A DNA stretch of 64,000 nucleotides, from assembly GCA_965218115.1 (NCBI GenBank), contig OZ244584.1:1646576-1710575 (forward strand), given 5' to 3'. The notes below the pieces were generated by a model. The model made no database searches and had not been told where the DNA came from. It worked only from the letters and a program-made list of their open reading frames with translations. This DNA comes from Dehalococcoidia bacterium (lineage in GTDB: Bacteria; Chloroflexota; Dehalococcoidia; Bin125). How positions within the stretch are numbered: the first letter of the stretch is position 1; the number at the start of each line of letters is the position of its first letter. Below, one piece after another: positions 48,148 to 57,867 of this stretch. The position numbers and the translations under genes were made by a program.

Positions 48148-49491
48148 ATGTTCAAGCGAGTCTTGATCGCCAATCGCGGCGAGATCGCGGCGCGCGTCTC
48201 GCGCACCTGCCGTCGGCTGGGGATCGAATCGCACGCCATCTACTCGGTGGCCGATGCCGACGCGCTGCACGTGCGTGAGGCGGATGGCGCGACGCACATC
48301 GGCGCGTCGCCGGTGGCCGAGTCCTACATCAACGTTGAGGCGGTGATCGAGGCGGCGGTGCATGCCGGCTGCGACGCGGTGCATCCCGGCTACGGGCTGC
48401 TCTCGGAGAACGCGCACTTTGCTCAGGCCTGCGAGGATCGCGGGATCACCTTTATCGGCCCAGCCGCCGAGCACATGGACCTGATGGGCAACAAAGACCA
48501 GGCGCGGCGCACGATGCGCGACCTGGGCCTGACGGTGATCCCCGGCAGCGAGGGGGCGGTTTCGGACGAAGAGGCTCTCGCGGCCGCTGAGGCGGTGGGC
48601 TACCCGCTGCTGATCAAGGCCTCGTTCGGCGGCGGTGGGATTGGGATGGCCAGCGTCAAGCGGGAGCGGCAGTTTGAGCGATCGCTGCGAAGGGCGCGAT
48701 CGTCCGCGTCGCGGGCGTTCGGCTCGGGCGATGTCTATCTGGAGCGCGAACTGGTCGAGCCGCATCACATCGAGCTGCAGGTGTTCGGCGACGGTCGCGG
48801 CGGCGCACTGATTCTGGGCGACCGCGAGTGCTCGGTGCAGCGGCGGCATCAGAAGGTGATCGAAGAAGCCCCGGCCCCGGCACCGGGCTTTACCGATGCG
48901 CTGCGAGAGCGGCTCTACGCGCAGGTGCAGGCGGCGGTTTCGCAGCTCGGCTACCGCAACGCGGGGACGATCGAGTGCCTGCTTGACGGGTCGGGCGAGA
49001 TGTTCTTCCTCGAGATGAACACGCGGCTGCAGGTGGAGCATCCAGTCACGGAGATGGTCACGGGGCAGGACCTCGTTGAGTGGCAGCTGCGGATCGCGTC
49101 GGGCGAGCCGCTCGCGGAGCTGCCCGTGCCGGACAGGATCAACGGGCACGCGATCGAGACGCGCATCTACGCCGAGGATCCGGTGACGCTGCTGCCCTCG
49201 CCGGGCTCGATCGACGTGCTCGAAGTGCCCGACGAACCATGGCTGCGGCTGGATACGGGCGTCGCGAGCGGCGACGACGTGCCGCATTACTACGACCCGC
49301 TGATGGCGAAGCTGATCGTGCACGGGGACTCGCGCGCGGAGGCGCTGGAGCGGCTCGAGAGCGCGCTGGCCGGCACGCGGATCGAGGGGATCAAGCACAA
49401 TGTGCCCTTCCTCCAGCGTGTGATCGAGACGCCGGAGTTTCAGCAGGGCGACTACACGGTGGCGCTGACCGACGGCTTGCTGAAGGGATGA
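48148..49491 (+). CDS. accC: Biotin carboxylase (acetyl/acyl-CoA carboxylase subunit)
   Basis: 447 aa with an ATP-grasp fold, N-terminus MFKRVLIANRGEIA…. Confidence 0.9.
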   Translation: MFKRVLIANRGEIAARVSRTCRRLGIESHAIYSVADADALHVREADGATHIGASPVAESYINVEAVIEAAVHAGCDAVHPGYGLLSENAHFAQACEDRGITFIGPAAEHMDLMGNKDQARRTMRDLGLTVIPGSEGAVSDEEALAAAEAVGYPLLIKASFGGGGIGMASVKRERQFERSLRRARSSASRAFGSGDVYLERELVEPHHIELQVFGDGRGGALILGDRECSVQRRHQKVIEEAPAPAPGFTDALRERLYAQVQAAVSQLGYRNAGTIECLLDGSGEMFFLEMNTRLQVEHPVTEMVTGQDLVEWQLRIASGEPLAELPVPDRINGHAIETRIYAEDPVTLLPSPGSIDVLEVPDEPWLRLDTGVASGDDVPHYYDPLMAKLIVHGDSRAEALERLESALAGTRIEGIKHNVPFLQRVIETPEFQQGDYTVALTDGLLKG

Positions 49492-49495
49492 GCGG

Positions 49496-50329
49496 ATGAA
49501 GTTCGGCATCTTCGGCCTGGGCTCGGGCGTCGCGGACCCGCAGACGATCACGACGGTCGCGCAGGCCGCTGAAGCGGCCGGCCTGGAGTCACTGTGGACG
49601 GGCGAGCATGTGGTCCTGCCCAAGCCGCGCGTCGCGCCGTCGCCGGCCGACCCCGACCTGCCGTTCCTGCATCCGTCCTCGGTGCTCAGCTATCTGGCGG
49701 CGGTCACCGAGACGGTGATGCTCGGGACCGGCGTCGTGCTGATCGCGCAGCGCAACCCGGTCGTGCTGGCGAAGGAGATCGCGAGCGCGGACGTGCTGAG
49801 CGGCGGACGGGCGATCCTCGGCGTCGGCGCGGGGTATCTGGAGCCGGAGTTCGAAGCGATCGGGGCCGACTTCCACACGCGCGGTGCGCGCACCGACGAG
49901 GCGATCGACGTGCTGCGGGCGCTCTGGAATCAGGAAGACCCGAGCTTCGACGGCGAGTTCAACGAGTTTTCAGGGATCGACGCGCATCCGCGACCGATAC
50001 AGGCCGGCGGCGTGCCGATCGTGATCGGCGGCCACAGCCGCGCCGCGCTGAGGCGCGCAGTGGAGCGGGGCCACGGATGGTACGGGTGGGCGCAGACGCC
50101 GGAGCAGACGCGCGATCTGCTCGCGAAGGTTGAGGAGATCTCGTCGACCGTCGAACGACCGGTGGAACTCGGCGAACTGGAGATCACGATCACGCCGCCG
50201 GCGCGGCTGACCGCGGAAGCGGTCGAGGACTACGCCGAGGCCGGCGTGCACCGGTTGGTCTCGCTGATGTCGCGGCAGGAGCCGGGGATGCTGCGCACGA
50301 TCGAGCTGCTGCACGAGCTCAGCGACTGA
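49496..50329 (+). CDS. LLM-class F420-dependent oxidoreductase
   Basis: 277 aa, …LESLWTGEHVVLP…GVGAGYLEPEF…. Confidence 0.75.
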   Translation: MKFGIFGLGSGVADPQTITTVAQAAEAAGLESLWTGEHVVLPKPRVAPSPADPDLPFLHPSSVLSYLAAVTETVMLGTGVVLIAQRNPVVLAKEIASADVLSGGRAILGVGAGYLEPEFEAIGADFHTRGARTDEAIDVLRALWNQEDPSFDGEFNEFSGIDAHPRPIQAGGVPIVIGGHSRAALRRAVERGHGWYGWAQTPEQTRDLLAKVEEISSTVERPVELGELEITITPPARLTAEAVEDYAEAGVHRLVSLMSRQEPGMLRTIELLHELSD

Positions 50330-51347
50330 GCTGTTCCCAGCTCCCCCCTGCGGGGGGAGCTGCCGAAGGCTGAGGGGGGAGCTCGCGCCCTTCCTCCAAT
50401 CGCCGCAGACACTCTCGCCCAACGCGCTGGACATCGGCCCACGAGTACCAGGGCGGAATGTCGCCGATTTCGGACCAGATGCGGTGGATGACGGCGAGCT
50501 TGTAGAGCTGGTGCAGCATCCAGTAGCGCAGGTCGGCTGGGAGGCGACCGCTGGCGAACAGTGAGGGCCGCGCGAGCGGCATCTGCTCGGGCGCTTCGGG
50601 CGAGCCGCGCAGGGCGGCAAGGGCGCAGATCAGGCCCCAGTCGGAGAGCGGGTCGCCGAGATTGGCCTGCTCCCAATCGACCACCCCGACGATCGCGCCG
50701 TCGTCGCCGACGAGATAGTTGAAGACGTTGATATCGCCGTGGCAGAGCCGTGGCGGCGGGCTGTCGGGCACCGCACCGCGGGCGACCTCGGCGAGTTGGG
50801 TGATGTACGGGTCGGCGTCGCAGGCAAACGAGATGGCGCGGGCGTGCACGGCGTCGAGGTCGCGCTCGGCGGCGTGCGGGCCGGGCGTGGGCGGATCGAG
50901 AAAGTCGAGGCCCGCGGCCCGCCAGTCGACCGCGTGGATCGCGTCGACGGCGGCCCGGTAGGCGTCGAACAGGCCCGGGCTGATCCCGACCTGGCCCATG
51001 TGCGGGGCATCGATCCACTCCATCACGATGCAGGCCGCGTCGAGCGCGGCCGAGTGGGCGGCGCCGCCGAGCATCGCCGGGACGGGCACGGCCGTGTCGG
51101 CGAGCGCGCTCAGGACGCGGCCTTCGCGGAGCACGTCGTAGGGCTGGAAGATGCCGCGCTCGCGTTCGACGCGCAGCACGACCGGATCGCGATCTTCGAG
51201 CGCGAGGCGCCAGGTGAGATTGGAGACGCCGCCATCGAGCCGGTGCAAGGAGGTGACGTGCGCCTTGATGCCGCAGTCTTCAAGCGCGACCGTCGCAAGC
51301 GCAGTGGTGAGCGCCGCAGTGATCGGCGCATTGATTGTCGGAGGCAC
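50319..51347 (-). CDS. Phosphotransferase-enzyme-family protein (APH/ChoK-like kinase)
   Basis: 342 aa with Brenner motif HGDINVFNYL and DWEQAN. Confidence 0.75.
   Translation of the reverse strand: MPPTINAPITAALTTALATVALEDCGIKAHVTSLHRLDGGVSNLTWRLALEDRDPVVLRVERERGIFQPYDVLREGRVLSALADTAVPVPAMLGGAAHSAALDAACIVMEWIDAPHMGQVGISPGLFDAYRAAVDAIHAVDWRAAGLDFLDPPTPGPHAAERDLDAVHARAISFACDADPYITQLAEVARGAVPDSPPPRLCHGDINVFNYLVGDDGAIVGVVDWEQANLGDPLSDWGLICALAALRGSPEAPEQMPLARPSLFASGRLPADLRYWMLHQLYKLAVIHRIWSEIGDIPPWYSWADVQRVGRECLRRLEEGRELPPQPSAAPPAGGSWEQLSR
50336..50395. repeat. Single family A REP-like element
   Basis: CTCCCCCCTGCGGGGGGAGCTGCCGAAGGCTGAGGGGGGAGCTCGC. Confidence 0.6.
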
Positions 51348-51784
51348 TAGCGCGGCCCGCCTCCGCTGGCGCCGATCGAGTAGGTGACGCGGGCCTTCGC
51401 GATCAGCGAGCCGAGCTCGTTGGTGAGGTCGACATCGCCGACGGCGAGGCTGCGGCCCTTTTTGATCACGTTGCTGTCGACGCGAATCAGCTTGCCGGTG
51501 GCGGGCCGCAGGTAGGAGATGTTGAGCTCGGCCGTGCCGCGCATCTGCTCGCCCTCGCGGCAGGTGCTGAGGACGGCGGCGACGACGCCGATGTCGGCCA
51601 GGGAGGCAAGAATCCCGCCATGCACGCCGCCGTTCGCGCCGCCGGCGGTGTGTTGCGTGATGGGCATCTCGAAGACGGTGTGGCCGCGGCCGATCTCGAC
51701 GAGCTGGGCGCCAAAGAGCGTCCCACCGCGATAGGAGGCCTCGATCTGTCCCAGCGGCACCAGCCAGCGCACGTCATCAGGCAT
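51347..51784 (-). CDS. PaaI/hotdog-fold thioesterase
   Basis: …HGGILASLADIGVVAA… Start taken at MPDDVRW (51784). Confidence 0.65.
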   Translation of the reverse strand: MPDDVRWLVPLGQIEASYRGGTLFGAQLVEIGRGHTVFEMPITQHTAGGANGGVHGGILASLADIGVVAAVLSTCREGEQMRGTAELNISYLRPATGKLIRVDSNVIKKGRSLAVGDVDLTNELGSLIAKARVTYSIGASGGGPR

Positions 51785-51840
51785 GGGCGTGATCCTAACC
51801 CTCTCTCGCAGCCCGATTATCATTTGCCACAGGAGAGCCG

Positions 51841-52533
51841 ATGTCACCCGCCGCTGCTGCCCCGCTGGACGTCTTCTACCGTGGCGCCCTGCGAGCCAGG
51901 CTCGTTGCCCCCCTGGCCGGCACCACGCCGAATCAACTCGCGGCGTGGCACCGCCGAAGCATTCTGACCTCCTCCTTCATCAAGGGCCGACGCGGCGTGC
52001 CACGCCTCTACTCATGGATCGACTACCAGAAGGCTCGCGCGCTCGTAATGCTGATCGGGCAAGGGATCGAGCGTCGTCGGTTGGGTCCGCAGATCGCCGC
52101 GCTCGACGCTGAAGTTGACGAATGGTGGAAGCTCCCTCTGCTCGCTTACTCGAACTATGTGATTGTCCCGAGAGACGGTGCTCCGGGATACACCATCATC
52201 GAAAAGCAGGGCGCCATGGACGAATTTATCCGCGATGCGCCACTCCTCTCCGAAGACGTAGCGGCCGACGACGCCGAGCTTGCGATCGACGTCATACGCG
52301 TCCTACGAGCGGAGGGACCCCTGGGGCGACTTGCCGAGTATCGAGAGTTCATCGACATGGATCCCCGCATCCAGGACGGCCACCCGGTCGTATCCGGCCG
52401 CCGCATCGAAACGGGCATGCTGGCGAAACTCAGCGAGTGGGGGCGCGGCTCGGACGAACTCGCCGACCGCTTCGAGCTCGCCACCGAGCAGGTCGAAGCG
52501 GCGCTCGCGTTCGAGCAGGCGCTCGCGGCTTAG
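51841..52533 (+). CDS. DUF433-domain protein (antitoxin-like) with an N-terminal extension
   Basis: The C-terminus reads …IDMDPRIQDGHPVVSGRRIETGML…, the DUF433 signature. Confidence 0.55.
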   Translation: MSPAAAAPLDVFYRGALRARLVAPLAGTTPNQLAAWHRRSILTSSFIKGRRGVPRLYSWIDYQKARALVMLIGQGIERRRLGPQIAALDAEVDEWWKLPLLAYSNYVIVPRDGAPGYTIIEKQGAMDEFIRDAPLLSEDVAADDAELAIDVIRVLRAEGPLGRLAEYREFIDMDPRIQDGHPVVSGRRIETGMLAKLSEWGRGSDELADRFELATEQVEAALAFEQALAA

Positions 52534-52543
52534 ATGAGCGTCG

Positions 52544-52963
52544 ATGCGCCTACTCCTCGACGAAAATATGTGGCGCGACACCGCCATCATCCTTACCCTC
52601 CTCGGCCATCCCTCTCAGCGTTCGATCGACGTCACCGGCCGAGGAGCAAGCGATGTGGCAATCGCGGAGCGAATCGCCGAATACGACGCATTCGTGACCG
52701 CCGACCTTCATCGCCAACCACACGAGCGGCGCGCGATCAACGAAGCGATTGTCGCCGGCGCAAACGTCGTGCGGATCAGATACCGGCGGGGCGAGCCAGA
52801 CGACGCAATGGCTGAAGTTCGCTCGCTTATCTGGAAATGGCCGACCATTCAAGCTGCTGTTCAAGACGACGAAATCGGACTCATCACGGTCTCTGCACAG
52901 GGGAACCGCATCCGCACAAACAGCCGATCTTTCGTCGCTTCGCGGCTGGCCGACGACACGTAG
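52544..52963 (+). CDS. DUF5615-family PIN-like protein (putative toxin partner of DUF433)
   Basis: MRLLLDENM… N-terminus and …AFVTADL… are typical of DUF5615. It sits 10 nt downstream of the DUF433 gene. Confidence 0.55.
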   Translation: MRLLLDENMWRDTAIILTLLGHPSQRSIDVTGRGASDVAIAERIAEYDAFVTADLHRQPHERRAINEAIVAGANVVRIRYRRGEPDDAMAEVRSLIWKWPTIQAAVQDDEIGLITVSAQGNRIRTNSRSFVASRLADDT

Positions 52964-53025
52964 AACCGGGTGACCGCTCGGAAGATCATCGGGTCATCAC
53001 CGCGATCGGTGTGGTGGAGGACACG

Positions 53026-53283
53026 ATGCTCTCCGATGACGCGACGAGGATCGCCGAGTTCGCTGGGCAACGGACCGTCTACACCTACAGCGAGATCGAA
53101 GATCTGGCGCGCCAGGAAACGCTGACGATCCTCTTCCGTCAGGATCGACTCCTTGACACACCGTGGCCGCTCGATGATCTCATCGGCGCAAGAGTCTTGA
53201 ACGCCGCCCCGCAGTCGATCACGCAAATTCACGACAAGGAGCCGATCGAATGGATCAATCGTCAACTCGTCGCATCGCGCTAA
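53026..53283 (+). CDS. Small hypothetical protein
   Basis: ~85 aa from MLSDDATRIAEF…. Its stop overlaps the next gene's start (TAATG). Confidence 0.3.
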   Translation: MLSDDATRIAEFAGQRTVYTYSEIEDLARQETLTILFRQDRLLDTPWPLDDLIGARVLNAAPQSITQIHDKEPIEWINRQLVASR

Positions 53284-53675
53284 TGTCGATCCATCCCCAA
53301 TACGCTGAGGCGCTGCTAAACGGCACCAAGAAGGTTGAGCTCCGCAAGTCGCAATTCTCCGCCGACATCTCGCACATCGTGATCTACGCCACCTCCCCCA
53401 TCAAGCAGGTGTTGGGCTGGGTGAAAGCTTCTCGTATCGAACGGGGCAGCCCGAGCAGAATCTGGGAGACACACAAGGCCCAGACCGGCATCCGCCGGAG
53501 CGCCTACCGCGCCTACTTCCGAGGCCATCCCAATGCGACAGCCATTCACGTGGATTCGCCCGAACGGCTGGCCAACCCATTGCCCCTCTCAGCGATTGAA
53601 GAAGGTCTCATCGCCCCGCGAAGCTGGCGTTACCTGTCCAACGCCGCAGCTCGCACCGTGGGCATTCCGCTGTAG
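53283..53675 (+). CDS. ASCH-domain (PUA-like) protein
   Basis: MSIHPQYAEALLNGTKKVELRK… matches the ASCH N-terminal β-barrel pattern. It lies in a lower-GC patch. Confidence 0.55.
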   Translation: MSIHPQYAEALLNGTKKVELRKSQFSADISHIVIYATSPIKQVLGWVKASRIERGSPSRIWETHKAQTGIRRSAYRAYFRGHPNATAIHVDSPERLANPLPLSAIEEGLIAPRSWRYLSNAAARTVGIPL

Positions 53676-53690
53676 CGTGGACAGCCGGCT

Positions 53691-54626
53691 TCAGAACCCC
53701 GCGATGGCGCGGAGGGCGAAGAGGGCGTTGCTGGGGCGTTCGGCGATGCGGCGGACGAAGTAGGGGTACCAACTCTCGCCGTAGGGGACTGAGACGCGCA
53801 CGCGCTCGCCGCGCTCGATCAGCTCGCGGCGCAGCTGCGGGCGCACGCCGTAGAGCACCTGGAACTCCCACGCCGCTTCGGGCACCTCGCGCTCGGCGAT
53901 CAGCCGGCGGGCAGCGCGGTGCAGCTGCGGGTCGTGGGTGGCGACGCCGACGCTGCCGCCGCCCGCGAGCGCCGGGGTCGAGGTGAGCTGCTCGAGCGCG
54001 CCGCGGTAGGCGCGGCGCACGCGATCGGCGCGCTGCCAGGCGATCTCGCGCGGCTCGGAGTAGGCGCCCTTGACCAGGCGTACGCGGGCGATCTCTTGCT
54101 CCACGAGGCCGGCGACGTCCTCGGGCGTGCGGCGCAGGTAGGCCTGAATCGCGACGCCGGTGAGCTCCGAGCGGGCGGCCGCTGCCCGATAGAGGGCGAG
54201 CGTGTCATCGACGGTCGGCGAGGCTTCCATGTCGAGCTCGAGGATCAGGCCGGCGGTCGTGGCGGCGTCGACGAGCGTGAGCAGGTGCTCGTGCGCGGTC
54301 GCGAACGAGATGGGCAGGCCGAGCAGGCTGGGCTTGACGGCGACGCGGGTGTCGGGCTCGCCGTCCAGCATCGCGATGCCGGCGATCAGCTCGAGGTATT
54401 GCTCGGTGGCGGCTGCGGCGGCCGCCGGGTCGGTGATGTCCTCACCGAGCAACGCGAGGGAGGCGCGGCAGCCCGCGGCGCCGAGGCGCTGCGCGACGGT
54501 GACTGCATCAGTGTGGCTGGGGCCGGCGATGAACCGCCGAATCAGGGTGCGGCCAAGATGGGAACGCTCGAGCGCGTCGCCGAGCCAGGCTTCCCGCGAG
54601 ATCCGAATGAGCGCCGTCCGCAGCAT
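53691..54626 (-). CDS. Proline dehydrogenase (monofunctional)
   Basis: 311 aa, …VKPSLLG…GVRPQLRRELIERGERVRVSVPYGESWYPYFVRRIAERPSN. Confidence 0.8.
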   Translation of the reverse strand: MLRTALIRISREAWLGDALERSHLGRTLIRRFIAGPSHTDAVTVAQRLGAAGCRASLALLGEDITDPAAAAAATEQYLELIAGIAMLDGEPDTRVAVKPSLLGLPISFATAHEHLLTLVDAATTAGLILELDMEASPTVDDTLALYRAAAARSELTGVAIQAYLRRTPEDVAGLVEQEIARVRLVKGAYSEPREIAWQRADRVRRAYRGALEQLTSTPALAGGGSVGVATHDPQLHRAARRLIAEREVPEAAWEFQVLYGVRPQLRRELIERGERVRVSVPYGESWYPYFVRRIAERPSNALFALRAIAGF

Positions 54627-54662
54627 GTCTCCAGTGTGTCGCGCCGCCGCGCGACCGCCGCC

Positions 54663-54779
54663 TTAGCCCTGCCGCTGTTTGTTGCGCGGATTACGCTTGT
54701 TGATGATGTACACGCGGCCCTTGCGGCGAACGATCTGGTCGCCGCGCGAGCGCTTCTTGACTGATGCACGAACCTTCAC
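54663..54779 (-). CDS. rpmJ: Cys-less (zinc-independent, C- type) paralog of ribosomal protein bL36
   Basis: Hand translation from GTG gives [38 protein letters not shown]. This aligns with bL36 ([37 protein letters not shown]), with all Zn ligands replaced. A GGAGGA RBS lies 7 nt upstream. Confidence 0.7.
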   Translation of the reverse strand: MKVRASVKKRSRGDQIVRRKGRVYIINKRNPRNKQRQG

Positions 54780-54853
54780 GCCAACATCCTCCGTCGCTTC
54801 CACGTCGCCTGGAGTGACGCTATCACACGCCCGATAGACTTCAGCGCGACGAT

Positions 54854-56053
54854 ATGACACAGACGCCGCGCGATCTGACACCCGAGCCGCTGACCCGCCC
54901 TGAGCAGGTCGCGGAGCTGGTCGGATCGATCCGCGAGCATCGCATCTTCGCGCTGGATACCGAGTTCATCACCGAGCACACGTATCGGCCGCAGCTGGCG
55001 CTGGTGCAGGTGGCCACGCCGGATCTCGTCGCCGTGCTCGACCCGCTGGCCGCGGAGGCGGTTGATCAGCCGATCTGGGACGCCGTGGCGGACGCGGAGA
55101 TCGTGACCGTGGTGCACGCGCACGAGCAGGAGTCGCGCTTCTGCGTCCAGCGCTGTGGGCGGCCGCCGGAGAATCTGTTCGATGTGCAGCTGGCGGCGGG
55201 GTTCTGCGGGTATCACTTCCCGATCGCCCACGGCGCGCTCGTGCGCGGCGAACTGGACCGCGAGGTGGCCGCGTCGCAATCGCGCACCGACTGGACGCTG
55301 CGGCCGCTGAGTGAGTCGCAGCTGCGCTACGCGGCCGACGATGTGGCGTGGTTGCTGCCGCTCTACGAGCGGTTTCGCGAGCGGCTCGCGAGCGACGAGC
55401 GGGAGCGCTGGCTGCGCGAGGAGACGGAGACCCGCGCGGCGGCGCTGGAGCCGGACGCGCAGGCGGAGATCCCGCGCTGGCGCAAGCTCTCGGGCCGGCG
55501 GCGGCTCAGCCGGCGCGGGCTGGCGGCGCTGCGCGAGCTGCACGGCTGGCGCGACCGGGTCGCCGCAACCACCGACTCGCCGCTGAAGCGCATCGCGCGC
55601 GACGAGTCGCTGGTCGCGATCGCGTCGACGCTGCCGCGCTCGCTGGACGACCTCGCGCGCGTCCGAGGCGGCGGCGAGGTGGCGCGGCGGCATCGCGCCG
55701 AGATCGTTGAGGCCGTGACGCGGTCACTGGAGCTGCCGGACTCGGAGTTGCCGGAGCGGCTGACCAACACGCCGTCGCCGCCGCGCACGCTGATGTCGTT
55801 CGTGGCGGCGCTGCTGGAATCGCTCTGCGACGATCACGAGATCGACAGCCAGCTGCTGGCGTCGCACGCGGATGTACTGGAGCTGATCAACTGGGCGCGC
55901 CGGCCGCGGCGCGAGGGCGAGCCGCCGCGGCTGCTGCGCGGCTGGCGCCGGGAGCTGGCGGGCGAGACGATCCTGGCGGCGCTGGAAGGTCGGGTGAGCC
56001 TGCGGGTGGGCGACGCGACGGGTCAGCAGCCGCTGGTCGCGGAGCGGCGATGA
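54854..56053 (+). CDS. rnd: Ribonuclease D
   Basis: 399 aa with DEDD 3'-5' exonuclease motifs (…FALDTEF…) and HRDC domains. Confidence 0.85.
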   Translation: MTQTPRDLTPEPLTRPEQVAELVGSIREHRIFALDTEFITEHTYRPQLALVQVATPDLVAVLDPLAAEAVDQPIWDAVADAEIVTVVHAHEQESRFCVQRCGRPPENLFDVQLAAGFCGYHFPIAHGALVRGELDREVAASQSRTDWTLRPLSESQLRYAADDVAWLLPLYERFRERLASDERERWLREETETRAAALEPDAQAEIPRWRKLSGRRRLSRRGLAALRELHGWRDRVAATTDSPLKRIARDESLVAIASTLPRSLDDLARVRGGGEVARRHRAEIVEAVTRSLELPDSELPERLTNTPSPPRTLMSFVAALLESLCDDHEIDSQLLASHADVLELINWARRPRREGEPPRLLRGWRRELAGETILAALEGRVSLRVGDATGQQPLVAERR

Positions 56054-56859
56054 GCGCGGCGAGTCGCAGCGAGGCGGTGCTGGCGGCGCGCGGGCTGAGC
56101 GTGGGCTATGGCGGGCGTCACCCGACGGTGGTCCTAAGCGACGTGAACGTTGAGTTGCAGGGCGGGCGCTGCGTGGCGCTGCTGGGCCCGAACGGGTCAG
56201 GCAAATCGACGCTGCTGAGGACGCTGGCGGGGCTACAGCGCCCGTTGGCCGGCGAGGTGTTGCTGGATGGGGCTGACATCGCGCGGCTGAGCGCGGGCGA
56301 GGTCGCGCGGGTCCTGAGCGTGGTGCTGACCGACGCGATCGACGCGGCGCAGCTGAGCGCGTGGGATGTGGTGGCGCTCGGGCGCGCGCCGCACGCGGGC
56401 TTCACGGGGCGGCTGGCGGCGGCGGATCGGGAGGTCGTGCGGGGGGCGTTCGTGGCGACGGCGTCGGCGCATCTGGCGGCGCGGCCGTTGCAGGATTTGA
56501 GCGACGGGGAGCGCCAGCGGGTGCTGATCGCGCGGGCGTTGGCGCAGGAGCCGCGGCTGATTCTGCTCGATGAGCCGACGGCGTTCCTCGACCTGGAGGC
56601 TCGGGCGGACATCGCGCAGCTGCTGCGTGGGCTCGCGCACGGCGACGAGGCGCAGCGGCGAGCGATCGTGATCACAACACATGATTTCGACCTGGCGGCG
56701 CAGATCGCGGATGAGCTGTGGTTGATCCGTCAGGATGGGGTGCTGGTCAGCGGGAGTCCCGACGAGCTGGCGGACCAGGGAGCGTTCGACGCCCTGTTCT
56801 CGCACCACGCGCTGCAGTTCAACCGGGAATCGCGGCGCTTCGACCTGCGCGTTGGGTGA
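56050..56859 (+). CDS. ABC transporter ATP-binding protein (FecE/BtuD-like import class)
   Basis: 269 aa with Walker A GPNGSGKST, the signature LSDGERQR and Walker B LILLDEP. Confidence 0.8.
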   Translation: MSAASRSEAVLAARGLSVGYGGRHPTVVLSDVNVELQGGRCVALLGPNGSGKSTLLRTLAGLQRPLAGEVLLDGADIARLSAGEVARVLSVVLTDAIDAAQLSAWDVVALGRAPHAGFTGRLAAADREVVRGAFVATASAHLAARPLQDLSDGERQRVLIARALAQEPRLILLDEPTAFLDLEARADIAQLLRGLAHGDEAQRRAIVITTHDFDLAAQIADELWLIRQDGVLVSGSPDELADQGAFDALFSHHALQFNRESRRFDLRVG

Positions 56860-56941
56860 CACAGCGCGGCGCTGGAGCGGCGCTGAGGCGGCCCTGGAGC
56901 GTCGCGCGGGTGGGGTGGGCGCGCTACGATTGACGACGCCT

Positions 56942-57017
56942 TGCCCGGTAGCTCAATTGGTAGAGCGGGCGGCTGTTAACCGCTAGGTTGCGGGTTCAAG
57001 TCCTGCCCGGGCAGCCA
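56942..57017 (+). tRNA. tRNA-Asn (anticodon GTT)
   Basis: Cloverleaf by eye: TGCCCGG/CCGGGCA acceptor, GCTC-AATTGGTA-GAGC D-arm, GGCGG-ctGTTaa-CCGCT anticodon arm, GGTTCAAGTCC T-loop. The CCA end is encoded. Confidence 0.8.
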
Positions 57018-57021
57018 CGTT

Positions 57022-57453
57022 TTACGACACTTCCCGCTCCATCAGACGCTTCAGGTCTGTGATCTGCCCGCCGTCGGTGCGGCGGATCGCGAAGCGGATC
57101 AGCGGCGCCAGCAGGCGGTAGTGCAGGCCGCTGAAGTTGCATTCGGCGACAAGGGTGACGCGGGTGGCGGTCTCCCCGACGGGCTCGAGGCTGTAGCTGT
57201 AATCGGCGGTGACGCCGCCCTGCTGCGAGCGCAGCACGAGCGAGCGGCCCGGTTCACAGCTGGCGATCAGAGAATCGCGCTCGGCGCCGCGGGTGTGGAA
57301 GCGGATGCGTGTCCCCTCGGCGGAGTCGCCGTCGGCGGACATGGAGTCGATCCCATTCATCCATCGTGCCGCGGCTGGCCAGTCGGTGAGGGTGGTCCAG
57401 ACGTCGGCGGGGGATCGGTTGATGGTTTCGGTGGCTGCGAATGATTGCGGCAT
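57022..57453 (-). CDS. SRPBCC-family (START/polyketide-cyclase-like) protein
   Basis: Start taken at MPQSFAATETINRSPADVWTTLTDWPAAARWMNGI…, which is a typical SRPBCC N-terminus. Confidence 0.6.
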   Translation of the reverse strand: MPQSFAATETINRSPADVWTTLTDWPAAARWMNGIDSMSADGDSAEGTRIRFHTRGAERDSLIASCEPGRSLVLRSQQGGVTADYSYSLEPVGETATRVTLVAECNFSGLHYRLLAPLIRFAIRRTDGGQITDLKRLMEREVS

Positions 57454-57867
57454 TGGGAGCGCTCCGTCTGCGACGCCGATTCTAAGTGGGGGGAGCAGGT
57501 GGTCGATTGACGCTTCGGAGCGCTGGCGCGCGTGTCGTCTGTGGCCTCGCGGCGCAGGCGGTTTGTCGATCGCTGGAGGAAGCCGGATGCGCCGGCACGC
57601 GGTCGAGATCTGCTGGAGCGACGTTGGCGATGCGTCCGTTGCTGGGGCGCATGAGCCTTCCGGGAAGATCGCGTCGCCCCGCGGTGCTAAGCACGCACGG
57701 CGTAGGCGACCGTTCTGTCGCCGCCACCCCGCCTGCTGGAGTACGCCTACGCTGAATGAGGTGCTTTGCGGCTCGGAGCTCCGCCGCCGGTTGGTGGCGT
57801 CGCGCAACGCACGAACCAACCACCCGATTCCCCTGGAGAGCCCTTGTTAGCTTCACGCGGCTCCCCG

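Noticed and set aside
57209-57850. 213-aa plus-strand ORF between tRNA-Asn and the OLD-family gene
   Set aside because: It is antisense to the SRPBCC gene, which has a characteristic N-terminus. Its translation is low-complexity.
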